Notes: a model not told the origin generated them from the letters alone. DNA of 64,000 nucleotides from Candidatus Buchananbacteria bacterium (GCA_013359225.1 JABWCG010000001.1:206362-270361), one strand, 5' to 3'. Positions 37,355 through 47,031 are shown, counted from the first letter of the stretch. Made by a program: numbers and translations.

Positions 37355-38245
37355 ATGCGAAATATTTCTTCAAAACTTATAATTTTTTCTCGACGAATGT
37401 ATCTGAGTTTATTTTTGTTGTCAGTGGTGATTTCCCCGCAAACGGTTTTTGCCGCTGCAAGTTCAACAATACCGTTGGAGCTTACGGTTGGTATGCTGGT
37501 AAAGGGTAGTAATCCGGAAATATTTGTTTATCAAGCTGACGGATATTTGCATTGGATTCCGGATGAAGCAACGTTTGTTGCTAATAAATTTTTGTGGGAA
37601 GCAGTTATAACTTTAGACGACGAAGAATTGCTTAAACATTCTATTGGTGAGTCGCTTCCGGCGATTGCTCCAACTCCGACCGTTTGGACGGTGGCCGAAA
37701 CCGAAAAAAAAGTCCGTGAATTTTTTGCTGATATTCCATCAATGATTTCAATTGCTGAATGTGAATCGGGATTTCGTCAATTTAATGATGACGGCACCGT
37801 TTTAAAGGGTAGTAATTTATATGTTGGAATTTTTCAGATTGACGAAAAAATTCATGCCGATTGGGCAAAACAATTGGGGCTAGACATTTATACCGTTGAA
37901 GGTAATCTCGGGTATGCCAAACATTTGTATGATCAATCCGGCACCAGGCCGTGGGCTGGGTGTGTTAAAGCTCCGGTTTCCAGCTATTCATTGACGGGAA
38001 ATTTGAAAATGGGGGATGAAAATAAAGAGGTAAAAACACTGCAACAAATTTTGAATAAAATCGGTTATACTGTTGCTAAATCCGGCGTCGGTTCACCTGG
38101 CAATGAAACGCAATATTTTGGTTTGTTGACTCGTGAAGCAGTAAAGCGCTTCCAGTGTGCTAAGGGTATTGTTTGCAGTGGAACCCAAGAAACAACTGGC
38201 TATGGAATGGTTGGCCCCAAAACTCGCGCCGCACTTTTGAAATAA
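37355..38245 (+). CDS. Secreted protein with lysozyme/SLT-like and peptidoglycan-binding domains
   Basis: Signal peptide; IAECESG...GIFQI...PW; L.MGD...EVKTLQQILN...YFG..T..AVKRFQ...G.VGPKTR. Confidence 0.8.
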   Translation: MRNISSKLIIFSRRMYLSLFLLSVVISPQTVFAAASSTIPLELTVGMLVKGSNPEIFVYQADGYLHWIPDEATFVANKFLWEAVITLDDEELLKHSIGESLPAIAPTPTVWTVAETEKKVREFFADIPSMISIAECESGFRQFNDDGTVLKGSNLYVGIFQIDEKIHADWAKQLGLDIYTVEGNLGYAKHLYDQSGTRPWAGCVKAPVSSYSLTGNLKMGDENKEVKTLQQILNKIGYTVAKSGVGSPGNETQYFGLLTREAVKRFQCAKGIVCSGTQETTGYGMVGPKTRAALLK

Positions 38246-38259
38246 AGATTTTTTAGTTT

Positions 38260-38296
38260 CATATTAAAACCGCTTCAAGGAAGCGGTTTTAATATG
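38260..38296. terminator. Bidirectional terminator
   Basis: 17-bp stem CATATTAAAACCGCTTC/GAAGCGGTTTTAATATG between convergent genes. Confidence 0.8.
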
Positions 38297-38304
38297 GGGA
38301 AAAA

Positions 38305-38499
38305 TTATTTCTTAAAAGTAAACAAGTCATCAATTGTTGTTTTTAGCGCGACGGCGACATCATGAGCAAGTTTTAACGATGGATTATATTTGCCCTGCTC
38401 CAAAAAAACAATCGTTTCGCGCCGGACGCCGGCTTTTTTTGCCAGCTCTTCTTGGGTAATATTCAAAGCGGTTCGTAATTCTTTGATTCGGTTTTGCAT
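38305..38499 (-). CDS. XRE-family HTH transcriptional regulator
   Basis: [28 protein letters not shown]. Confidence 0.92.
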   Translation of the reverse strand: MQNRIKELRTALNITQEELAKKAGVRRETIVFLEQGKYNPSLKLAHDVAVALKTTIDDLFTFKK

Positions 38500-38508
38500 A
38501 TGTTTAGA

Positions 38509-39054
38509 TTATCGGCACTCAACATCCGGCGCCGGAAATGAGGGGTTGCCGTGCTGGACCCACTGGCCATTCTGGCAAATCCAGTCATCTTCGCCGGAAA
38601 GCAGTCTGACGCCAAACATAACTGCGGCGGCAAATACTAAACAAGCGATAATAGCGTAGAGGATTTTTTTATTTGAGAATTTAATCTTGTCATGATAGCG
38701 AAAAAGCAGGGCGTAAAGCAGCATTAAAATACAAGTGGAAAACGCTAAAGTCATAGCAATCGGTTCATAGGCCGGGTTTAAATCGCGTTTGGCATAGGCC
38801 ACAAACATTACTATCACCGCCAACCAAGAATACACCTGGATTGCCAGCAGTGCTGCCTTGCCACCGGCGAGGTAGTCACGTTCGTCAGCAATAACTCCAT
38901 CGACTTTACGGCGCAGATAAAACAGCACCACGGCCGAAAGCGTTAAAACGATGATGGGGATAATAAAACTTTTTAGGATAATGGCTTGGGAAAAAACCAT
39001 GGCGATCATAACCGTCGTGATGATTCTGACGGTGCGGTATTGTTTGATTGTCAT
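38509..39054 (-). CDS. DUF2178-like membrane protein
   Basis: DER motif after TM2; paired with an XRE regulator; C-terminal EDDWICQNGQWVQHGNP. Confidence 0.7.
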   Translation of the reverse strand: MTIKQYRTVRIITTVMIAMVFSQAIILKSFIIPIIVLTLSAVVLFYLRRKVDGVIADERDYLAGGKAALLAIQVYSWLAVIVMFVAYAKRDLNPAYEPIAMTLAFSTCILMLLYALLFRYHDKIKFSNKKILYAIIACLVFAAAVMFGVRLLSGEDDWICQNGQWVQHGNPSFPAPDVECR

Positions 39055-39138
39055 AAATCGTTAAAGTTAGAATTAATTAACATATTTTTATGTTACATTA
39101 TTCTAACATTGCTGTCAAGCCTTCTGTCCGAATCGGTC

Positions 39139-39169
39139 TTGACTCTAACGTTACGGTATGGTTTATACT
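39139..39169 (+). promoter_or_regulatory. MerR-type promoter with 19-bp spacer and dyad
   Basis: TTGACT-19-TATACT containing the imperfect dyad TAACGT-T-ACGGTA. Confidence 0.8.
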
Positions 39170-39178
39170 GATTACAGT

Positions 39179-39940
39179 ATGGCATACACTATTGGTCAGT
39201 TGGCAAAATTGTCAGGGGTAACAATTAGGACGCTTCATCATTATGATGAAATCGGCCTGCTTTCTCCTGGTAAAAATAGTAAAAATAATTATCGTTTATA
39301 CGAAGAAAAGGACTTGCTTCGTTTGCAGCAAATACTTTTTTTCCGCGAGTTGGATTTTGCCTTGGCCGATATTAAAAAAATAATTGACCGACCGGATTTT
39401 GCAGTGAGCCAAGCCCTGCGTGATCATAAGCGTTTGATTAAACTAAAACAAAAAAGATTGGATAATCTTATTAAGACAATTGATAAAACAATTAATCATA
39501 TGACTAAACAATCAATCATTAAAGACGAAGAACTTTACGATGTTTTTAAAGATAACGACGTTAAGCAATATCAGCAAGAAGTTAAGCGGCGCTGGGGCGA
39601 TACGTCTGCTTATCAACAGAGTATGGCAGAAGTTAGCAAGATGACTAAGGGGGAAATGGAAAAATTAAAACAGGACGCAAAAATTTTTACTCAGAAGTTG
39701 GCCGACGCAATGGATAAAAAAATTGAAAGTCCCGAAGTACAAAATCTAATCAAAGAGCATTATCAAGGAATCAATTTTTTCTATGACTGTTCAATTCCAA
39801 TGTATCGTCATTTGGCTCAGATGTATGTTGATGATAGCCGCTTTACTGCTTATTACGAAAAGTTTCGTCCGGGGCTGGCAAAGTTTGTCCGCGATGCCAT
39901 ATGTTACTTTTGCGACCAAAAAGAAAAAACCTCTGATTAA
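39179..39940 (+). CDS. MerR-family regulator with TipAS-like domain (TipA/Mta-like)
   Basis: GQLAKLSGVTIRTLHHYDEIGLL; C-terminal LAQMYVDDSRF...PGLA. Confidence 0.92.
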   Translation: MAYTIGQLAKLSGVTIRTLHHYDEIGLLSPGKNSKNNYRLYEEKDLLRLQQILFFRELDFALADIKKIIDRPDFAVSQALRDHKRLIKLKQKRLDNLIKTIDKTINHMTKQSIIKDEELYDVFKDNDVKQYQQEVKRRWGDTSAYQQSMAEVSKMTKGEMEKLKQDAKIFTQKLADAMDKKIESPEVQNLIKEHYQGINFFYDCSIPMYRHLAQMYVDDSRFTAYYEKFRPGLAKFVRDAICYFCDQKEKTSD

Positions 39941-39955
39941 GCCAGAGGTTTTTTG

Positions 39956-40777
39956 TTATGAAGTTTGGTCGGGGTTGTTTTGGGCGGCGCGAATTGCGGT
40001 CGCGCTAATTGCTTCAATGTGCGAATCAAGTCTGATTTCGCGGATGCCCCAGCCGACTTCGCGGCCATAGCAAATATCCTCAATGTCGGGGATGACAATA
40101 ATTTTAACGGTATCACCAAAGATTTTTCTAAACATTTCTTTTCGTTCAGTTACCGAGTATGGATTTTTTTCGTCAATCGGGGTGTGCCGCAAAGCGACGC
40201 ACACCTGTTTGCCTTCGTCCAGCACTTTGCGGATTAAACTAATATGACCATCGTGCAGCGGCTGGAACCGCCCGATAAACATTGAATATTTTTTGGGAGC
40301 AAAATAGTTATCTAAAATCAACTGGACTGATTCAGCAACATTCAAAGTGTCAGAATGAATTTCCAGTGCGTCAGTTGGCGGTTCGTAGGGGTCGGAAATT
40401 CCCGTGAAGTTGGTAATGGCACCAGCTAAAGCTTTTTTGTATAACCCTTTGACGTCACGGCGAATGCATTCTTTAAGGTTGCAATTAACAAAAACTTCAA
40501 CGACGTTTGGGTATTGCTTTTTTATTTCATCGCGGACTGATTTGATCGGGCTGACCAGCGCCACAATCACCGGGGTGTAGCGACTAAACCGTTCGGCCAT
40601 TTCAGCCACCATTAACATGTGTTTGCGCCGACCCTCAGTTGAAAAATCCTGGTTATCAATAATCAAGCGAATTTCGTCGCCGTCAAGAATTTCTGCATTG
40701 ATGTGCTTGGCCAATTCCCGGGCAATGGTGGTTTTGCCGCTACACGGCAGGCCAGTGAGCCAAATAATCTGATTCAT
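39956..40777 (-). CDS. cysC: Adenylylsulfate kinase fused to a C-terminal HxGH nucleotidyltransferase domain
   Basis: WLTGLPCSGKTT, LDGD, RDVKGLY, FTGISDPYE; then FIGRFQPLHDGH ... ISATAIR. Confidence 0.85.
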   Translation of the reverse strand: MNQIIWLTGLPCSGKTTIARELAKHINAEILDGDEIRLIIDNQDFSTEGRRKHMLMVAEMAERFSRYTPVIVALVSPIKSVRDEIKKQYPNVVEVFVNCNLKECIRRDVKGLYKKALAGAITNFTGISDPYEPPTDALEIHSDTLNVAESVQLILDNYFAPKKYSMFIGRFQPLHDGHISLIRKVLDEGKQVCVALRHTPIDEKNPYSVTERKEMFRKIFGDTVKIIVIPDIEDICYGREVGWGIREIRLDSHIEAISATAIRAAQNNPDQTS

Positions 40778-40790
40778 TTTAGTTAATTTT

Positions 40791-41330
40791 CTAGTGTTGG
40801 TCAGCTGCGTGCTTAAATAACAAACCCGAAACAATAAACAGCAAAACGAAAAATGCGTTTAATACAAAGACGGCAATAACACCGGGACTAAACGCCGGTT
40901 GCCAAATCGTTAATGCAATCACGGGAACTAAGGCCTGGGTTAGCGCGGTTGCGAATAAGACGAACGACATTTTGCGAGGTTTGAGGCGGGCGATAATGGT
41001 GCCGATAAAGCCGACAGCAAGGACGCCAAAGTATAATAAATTAGCGGGGTTGTTTTCGCTGCCGATAATCCCGACTGCACCATTGATCCAGACAAGCAGA
41101 AAAGCAGTTGCTAGGGCGATTGCCACAGCGGTTTTGAATGTGGGAGTGTTGGCTTGTTTAGTAATTAACTCATATGCCAAAGCGGCGCCAAACATCAGAC
41201 CGCCCATAAGTATAAAATCAAACAAACTCCAGTTTACTTCTTTGGTAAATTGCATCGCTACCAAGGGGATTAGCAGTACGAGTATGACGATCACGACCCA
41301 GATGCTTAGTCTTTTGGTGATGTTTGACAT
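40791..41330 (-). CDS. Hypothetical membrane protein (about 6 TM)
   Basis: PLVAMQFT.EVNWS..DF, WINGAVGIIGSE.NPAN. Confidence 0.75.
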   Translation of the reverse strand: MSNITKRLSIWVVIVILVLLIPLVAMQFTKEVNWSLFDFILMGGLMFGAALAYELITKQANTPTFKTAVAIALATAFLLVWINGAVGIIGSENNPANLLYFGVLAVGFIGTIIARLKPRKMSFVLFATALTQALVPVIALTIWQPAFSPGVIAVFVLNAFFVLLFIVSGLLFKHAADQH

Positions 41331-41352
41331 AGTAGTAAAAGTTATTTTAATT

Positions 41353-41604
41353 TTAGCGATGAGGACAGCCAGCCCAACAGCAAGGTCGTCGCATACCACC
41401 CCGCATCTTGGAAAGGGCCTTGTCTATTCGAATGTTTCTGGTTTCCGCTTTTTTGCCGGAAGTAACCCAACAAATCCATTCGTTGCGTGCGAGTGGTGTG
41501 ATGTCTTGCCAGATTAAAAACACTTTTGGGTCGGAAGTAATCGCTTTTTTAAAATCAGTTGGCAGTTTATGAATTGTGCCCGAAGAGATTTCTTGCTTAG
41601 TCAT
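41353..41604 (-). CDS. YdeI/OmpD-associated family protein
   Basis: TPLARNEWICW...K.ETR, RRPCCWAGCPHR. Confidence 0.8.
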   Translation of the reverse strand: MTKQEISSGTIHKLPTDFKKAITSDPKVFLIWQDITPLARNEWICWVTSGKKAETRNIRIDKALSKMRGGMRRPCCWAGCPHR

Positions 41605-41607
41605 AGA

Positions 41608-41775
41608 TTACTTGTGAGTCTTTTTTCGGTTTTTTATTGCGACAGCAATAACGGTGATAATTACTATCAGTCCAATTAATTGTGCGCCCGGACTATCGTC
41701 AAAGCCGCCGAAGATAATCATAAAAACCCCGAAGGCGATGGCGAGTAGGTAATATAGTATTTTGATTTTGTTCAT
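41608..41775 (-). CDS. Small 55-aa two-TM protein (absent from the ORF track)
   Basis: MNKIKILYYLLAIAFGVFMIIFGGFDDSPGAQLIGLIVIITVIAVAIKNRKKTHK; ends 3 nt before the next gene's start. Confidence 0.75.
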   Translation of the reverse strand: MNKIKILYYLLAIAFGVFMIIFGGFDDSPGAQLIGLIVIITVIAVAIKNRKKTHK

Positions 41776-41862
41776 AATAAATATAGTATACCATAAAACC
41801 GGCCTGTTCGGCCGGCCTCATTATGTTGGTGCATATTAGATTATTTATGATATAATCAAATT

Positions 41863-42318
41863 ATGAAAAAACTTCAATTTACAATTGAAATAAAAGCTTC
41901 TAAAGAAAAAGTGTGGAGCACTATGCTTGAGGATAAAACCTATCGGCAGTGGGCAGCCACATTTAGTCCAGGCTCCTACTATAAAGGAGATTGGAGTAAG
42001 GGGTCTAAGATGCATTTCCTTGGGCCAAACCCACAAACAGGGGAAGAGGGTGGCATGGTGAGTGAAGTTTTAGAAAATAGGCCACATGAATTTATTTCTC
42101 TTGGGCACATTGGTTTTGTGCAAAACGGAAAAGAAGACACCGTTAGTGAAGAAGCCAAAAAATGGACCTCGGCGTTTGAAAATTATACTTTTAATGAAAA
42201 GAATGGTGCAACCGAACTTGTGGTAGACTTGAATGTTACGGATGAATTAGCGGAAGAGTTTGAGAAAATGTGGCCTGATGCTTTACAAAAGTTAAAGGAG
42301 CTTTCGGAAATCAAATAA
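41863..42318 (+). CDS. SRPBCC/AHSA1-like protein
   Basis: IEIKASKEKVW, FENYTF, WPDALQKLK. Confidence 0.85.
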   Translation: MKKLQFTIEIKASKEKVWSTMLEDKTYRQWAATFSPGSYYKGDWSKGSKMHFLGPNPQTGEEGGMVSEVLENRPHEFISLGHIGFVQNGKEDTVSEEAKKWTSAFENYTFNEKNGATELVVDLNVTDELAEEFEKMWPDALQKLKELSEIK

Positions 42319-42375
42319 AACTCTAAAGATAAAACTTTAAACAAAAAACTCCTCTTTTGGTAGAGGAGTTTTTTG

Positions 42376-42405
42376 TGGTAGCCCTTATCGGGACGCGACT
42401 CGAAC
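42376..42405 (-). repeat. Degenerate tRNA 3'-end-like sequence (att-like scar)
   Basis: Minus strand GTTCGAGTC...GGGCTACCA resembles the tRNA-Glu 3' end GTTCGATTC...GCGCTACCA. Confidence 0.45.
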
Positions 42406-42447
42406 TTTTTTGAAGCAGTTAAGCAAAATTCTTACACGCGACTTTAC

Positions 42448-44241
42448 TTACGGTTCAATGCTTGATTGAATTATTAAATCAATAGATTGCAAAAATGTCG
42501 CCGGCAAAATTTTTTTACTCGCTAACATATCATAAAGTCGCTCCAATATAAAAGTCTTTTTTATATCACTTCTTTTTACAAACCCTTTCATTTTTTCCAC
42601 TTTTGTTATTCTGTCAAGAAGTTTAAAATTGTTTAAATCTTGTTTATTTTTCTGATCAAGATTGAAAAATTTTACTCCTTCCTGCAAAAACCATTTTATT
42701 ATTTCATCAACATTTTCCTGAGAAACTAGGGCTTGTTCGATAGAATCTTTAAATATTAAAAAACCGTTGGTCTTGAAATGTTTTTTGGAATATTTGAATA
42801 TTTTTGATGAATCACCTTGAGACTTAAAATTTTTTTTATAGTATTTAATAAATTTATTAAACCCCACCTTGTTTAACTGTTTCATTTGTATTAACTGATT
42901 TTCCAGGGATTCACAAGAATCTTTCCGTGACATAACATCTCCATCAAAACTGATAATGAGTGGGATGTTAAATTGGCTTATGACTTTGTAATAATCAAAA
43001 ATCCTTGAGTAGCCACCATAGGGAATGATAACCGTAGAAAAGTGTTTTCTCCCTCTCAGGGTTTTTTTAATAATTCTATAGTCCGTAAGCCCCTCAACTA
43101 AAATTGCCTTATCTGAAAAAAACAACTCTGACCCAACTACGTCAGTTTTATCATAAATATCGTACAATAGGCGTGATGTAACAGATATTTGAGTGCTTTT
43201 ACAATCACTTCCTTCTTTCCACATCTTTACTACATTCTTATAGTCTTCAGGTCCAAGCTCGTTCACCACTACCGATGAATGTGTGCTGATTATTGATTGG
43301 GTTTCGTCATTTTTAATGTAGTTAAAAATTGCGCGTTGAGCACCGGGGTGCAAAAATATTTCCGGCTCCTCAATCCCCAATATAACAATTGGCTTAGTGC
43401 CAAGCTGATTGGCAACAAATTTGATCAGCGTTATTAAAATAATACTTTGTAGTCCGGTTCCTTGATATTTAAAATTAGTTTTTATATCATCTTTGTTTAT
43501 AAGATGAAGATTAATGGTTTGGCCCATGAGTTCAATAAAATGCTCTTGGTTAAAAATAAATTCAACTTTTTCATTGTTATCAAAATTAAATTCATGCAAG
43601 ACAGACCCTATTAAATCTTCTGAGTCTTTAAATTTTTTATGAAGTATTGACCAAAAATTATTGTATGCTTTGATATATTTCCGAGCTCCTTGAAGGCTTA
43701 GTTTCAAAAATTCTAAAAGAATGGTTTTTTCAATTTCAGTATCTTTAAGTCTTATTGCTGATATCTTTGCAAATTTAACGTTATTTCTAACGGCCTCAAA
43801 TAATTCATTGGCTTTTGACTTTTCCCCGACAAAGGACGTCAGCTTTCCGCGTTTAGATGTTATGCAAATTTTTCTTTTTTGAATTTCATTAAAATTTCTA
43901 GGATATTCAATCTCAACATCCAATACCAAATTGTCGTGCCCTCGTACTTTCCGAAAATGATAGCCTAATTTTCTAGTGAGTAATTTTTTTGTTTTATCTT
44001 TTTCGAATCTGAGCTTAATCTTAGTGGAAGCCCTGTAGCCACGCCCGCCTTTCTGTAACTGTTGAGGATAATCTAAATCAGAATCGTATGGCGCATCATT
44101 AAAAAATAGATCAAGTGCATTTAGTACGGTAGATTTGCCAGAATTATTTGGCCCTACGAGAAGAAGAAAATCTCCTATATTGAAAGCAGCTGAACCGCAT
44201 ATACTTCTATAATTTTTTATCTCTATGGAAATAAGTCTCAT
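42448..44241 (-). CDS. OLD-family ATP-dependent nuclease (ABC ATPase plus TOPRIM), probable defence gene
   Basis: GPNNSGKS, QGTGLQ, IEEPEIFLHP, STHS, TOPRIM ILVEGLTD and DGD; AT-rich. Confidence 0.88.
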   Translation of the reverse strand: MRLISIEIKNYRSICGSAAFNIGDFLLLVGPNNSGKSTVLNALDLFFNDAPYDSDLDYPQQLQKGGRGYRASTKIKLRFEKDKTKKLLTRKLGYHFRKVRGHDNLVLDVEIEYPRNFNEIQKRKICITSKRGKLTSFVGEKSKANELFEAVRNNVKFAKISAIRLKDTEIEKTILLEFLKLSLQGARKYIKAYNNFWSILHKKFKDSEDLIGSVLHEFNFDNNEKVEFIFNQEHFIELMGQTINLHLINKDDIKTNFKYQGTGLQSIILITLIKFVANQLGTKPIVILGIEEPEIFLHPGAQRAIFNYIKNDETQSIISTHSSVVVNELGPEDYKNVVKMWKEGSDCKSTQISVTSRLLYDIYDKTDVVGSELFFSDKAILVEGLTDYRIIKKTLRGRKHFSTVIIPYGGYSRIFDYYKVISQFNIPLIISFDGDVMSRKDSCESLENQLIQMKQLNKVGFNKFIKYYKKNFKSQGDSSKIFKYSKKHFKTNGFLIFKDSIEQALVSQENVDEIIKWFLQEGVKFFNLDQKNKQDLNNFKLLDRITKVEKMKGFVKRSDIKKTFILERLYDMLASKKILPATFLQSIDLIIQSSIEP

Positions 44242-44340
44242 AGCCTATGGTATTAATATATAGTAAGAATACCAAAAAATCGCCTACAGGGCGATTTTTT
44301 GACTTTTAACCTTTCAGGGTCTTCCGATAAAATTTTTCTT

Positions 44341-44415
44341 TGGTAGCGCCACGGGGAATCGAACCCCGGTTACATGGATGAGAACCATGCGTCCTAGCCG
44401 CTAGACGATGGCGCC
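44341..44415 (-). tRNA. tRNA-Glu (anticodon CTC), CCA encoded
   Basis: Cloverleaf GGCGCCA...CATGG-TTCTCAT-CCATG...GGTTCGATTCC...TGGCGCT-ACCA. Confidence 0.96.
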
Positions 44416-44529
44416 ATAAAACGAATTCTATAATAACTAATTTTTGGCTTTTAGTCAATAAGTATCATTGACAATCAATGCTCTTTCGTGTAGAATCTAT
44501 TATTGTTATTAATCAATTTTTTAATCAAA

Positions 44530-45984
44530 ATGGCTCAGGAAGTAATTGTCCGATTTGAAGACGTCACGTTTGAATATGAACACAAAAAGCCTCTGCTTGA
44601 CGAGGCTAGTTTTAGCGTGCGCACCGGATCAAAAATTACCCTGATGGGTCAAAACGGTGCCGGCAAGTCAACAATTTTTAATTTGATCAAGGGCAACCTT
44701 AAACCAAAAAGCGGCAAAGTTTCAATCGCAGGCGGCGCGACAATCGGTTCGGCGTTGCAAGTTGTTGCCAGAGAAGATCTGGATTTAACGGTTGAACAAT
44801 ATTTTGCCAAAGGTTTTGAGATTGTGCCGCCTGGCCTGAAAAGCAATATCAGTAAGGTTTTGGAAGTTGTCAATCTGCAGATTCCAACTGATCGCAAAGT
44901 CGGAGATTTGTCTGGCGGTCAGCAGGCCCGGCTGTTATTGGCATCGGCCTTGATTCAAAACCCAGATATCTTGTTGCTTGATGAGCCGACCAATAATTTG
45001 GACCAGGCGGGGATTGATCACTTGATTCAATTTTTGATTATGTATCCTAAAACCGTGATTGTAATTTCCCACGACGCGGACTTTTTGAACTGTTTTACCG
45101 ATGGTGTTATTTATTTAGACGTTTTTACCAGAAAACTTGAAACCTACGTTGGTGACTACTATTCGGTGGTAGAAGAAATCAAAAACCGAATTGAGCGCGA
45201 ACAAAAGAAAAATGCGCAACTGGAAAAACAAATTCAAGACCGCAAAGACAAGGCTAACTTTTTTTCTCATAAGGGTGGCAAAATGCGAAAACTTGCCAAA
45301 AAGATGCGCGATGAAACTGAAGAAATGGAAGAAGAAAAAGTTGACGTTCGCCGAGACGATAAAACCATTCGCGAATTTGAAATTCCGGCGCAGGATATTT
45401 TTGGCGACCTTGTGACTATTTCTTCAGTCAAAATTATTAAAAATCATGAGCCGGTTACACGGGAAGTAACAAGAGTCTTGGGCAAGCGTTCGCGGTTGTT
45501 GATTTCTGGTCCAAACGGCATTGGTAAAAGTACCTTGTTGCGGTCGTTAATTTCCAATCAGCACGAGGGTGTAAAAATTTTAGACGGCGTGCGCGTTGGC
45601 TACTATAGCCAAGACTTTGCGACGCTGGATTTTAACCAGACGGTATTTGATTGTTTGTGGCAAGCCCGAGGCCGCGACGATATTGATGAACAAAAAATGC
45701 GATCAATTGCCGCCGGGTTTTTGATTACCGGTGAACTGATGCCGCGTAAAATCGGCCAACTGTCTGAAGGCCAAAAAGGCTTATTATCGTTTGCCAAGTT
45801 GGTATTGATGCAACCAGGGCTTTTGGTTTTAGACGAGCCGACCAACCATATCAACTTCCGCCATATTCCGGTGATCGCCAAAGCGATTAATGAATACGAG
45901 GGCGCATTGATTTTGATTTCGCACATGGCCGAATTTGTTAAAGATGTCCATGTTGACGATTATTTGGATTTAGGCAAGCTTTAA
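44530..45984 (+). CDS. ABC-F family ATPase
   Basis: Two ABC domains (GQNGAGKS, LSGGQ, DEPTN; GPNGIGKS, LSEGQ, DEPTN), coiled linker, no TM. Confidence 0.92.
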   Translation: MAQEVIVRFEDVTFEYEHKKPLLDEASFSVRTGSKITLMGQNGAGKSTIFNLIKGNLKPKSGKVSIAGGATIGSALQVVAREDLDLTVEQYFAKGFEIVPPGLKSNISKVLEVVNLQIPTDRKVGDLSGGQQARLLLASALIQNPDILLLDEPTNNLDQAGIDHLIQFLIMYPKTVIVISHDADFLNCFTDGVIYLDVFTRKLETYVGDYYSVVEEIKNRIEREQKKNAQLEKQIQDRKDKANFFSHKGGKMRKLAKKMRDETEEMEEEKVDVRRDDKTIREFEIPAQDIFGDLVTISSVKIIKNHEPVTREVTRVLGKRSRLLISGPNGIGKSTLLRSLISNQHEGVKILDGVRVGYYSQDFATLDFNQTVFDCLWQARGRDDIDEQKMRSIAAGFLITGELMPRKIGQLSEGQKGLLSFAKLVLMQPGLLVLDEPTNHINFRHIPVIAKAINEYEGALILISHMAEFVKDVHVDDYLDLGKL

Positions 45985-45999
45985 TGTGATAATGAGGAT

Positions 46000-47031
46000 A
46001 TGTTTGAAACCATCCTCAAAAAATACGATTATCAAATCCCTAAAGATTTGATTGCTCAAAAACCTGTTACGCCACGCGATGCCGCGCGGCTTTTGGTGTA
46101 TGAAAAATTAACCAAAAAGATTGTTGACTCAACTTTTAAAAATTTAGCTGATTTTATTCCCACCAATGCAGTGCTTGTTTTTAATGAAACTAAAGTAATT
46201 CCAGCGCGAGTTGAAACTGTGAAAGCTAACGGCGTAAAGGTTATTGTTTCGTATGTTGAACGCAAGGGAAAATTAATTAAAGTGATGTTGAATAAAAATG
46301 TTAAGGTTGGCGACAAGCTTTTTTTGACTAGGAAAACTTATTTTACTGTTAAAAAAGTTGATGATAAATTTTTCTGGCTCAGTTGTTCGTTTGTGCTGTC
46401 TGGGCTGAATGATATTTTTGAAAAATATGGCCGAGCGCCGTTGCCGCCGTATATTGACGCGTCACCACTGAGCGTCAAACAGGCACGGGCAGAATACCAA
46501 ACGGTTTTTGCCAAAACACCCGGTTCCATTGCGGCGCCGACAGCGTCGCTTCATTTTACTAAATCCCTTCTGCGGAAGTTGAAAGCAAAAGGCGTTACGT
46601 TGCAGTATGTCACATTGCATGTCGGTTTGGGAACTTTTGCCTTGTTAACGGACGAAAATTTCAAGCGAAACAAACTCCACGAGGAGTGGTATTCAATCGA
46701 TCATCAGACTGCTAACATTTTAGCAAAAGCCAAAGCTCAAAATCGGCCGATTATCGCGGTTGGAACCACCGTGGTTCGCACCCTTGAATCAGCTTTTAAT
46801 CAACGTGGTAAAATTACTAAACCTAAGGGTTCTACGGCCCTGTTTATCCGCGAGGGCTACAAATTTAAGGTCGTTAATGCTTTGATTACCAATTTTCATG
46901 TGCCTAAGTCTAGCTTGTTAATGTTGGTCTGTGCCTTTGGTAAAAGATCAGAAATCTTAAAGCTATATCAGCACGCTATTAAGAAACGCTATCGGCTGTT
47001 TTCTTTTGGTGACGGTATGCTGATCAAATAA
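46000..47031 (+). CDS. queA: S-adenosylmethionine:tRNA ribosyltransferase-isomerase
   Basis: PLPPYI, YQTVFA, AAPTASLHF, AVGTT, TNFHVPKSSL, FSFGDGM. Confidence 0.95.
   Translation: MFETILKKYDYQIPKDLIAQKPVTPRDAARLLVYEKLTKKIVDSTFKNLADFIPTNAVLVFNETKVIPARVETVKANGVKVIVSYVERKGKLIKVMLNKNVKVGDKLFLTRKTYFTVKKVDDKFFWLSCSFVLSGLNDIFEKYGRAPLPPYIDASPLSVKQARAEYQTVFAKTPGSIAAPTASLHFTKSLLRKLKAKGVTLQYVTLHVGLGTFALLTDENFKRNKLHEEWYSIDHQTANILAKAKAQNRPIIAVGTTVVRTLESAFNQRGKITKPKGSTALFIREGYKFKVVNALITNFHVPKSSLLMLVCAFGKRSEILKLYQHAIKKRYRLFSFGDGMLIK

Noticed and set aside
42448-44241. Gabija, Septu or retron system
   Set aside because: No helicase, HNH or reverse transcriptase partner adjacent; only the OLD-like gene.
44453-44473. 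GTCAAT..ATTGAC inverted repeat as an operator
   Set aside because: Explained by back-to-back -35 boxes of the divergent tRNA-Glu and ABC-F promoters.
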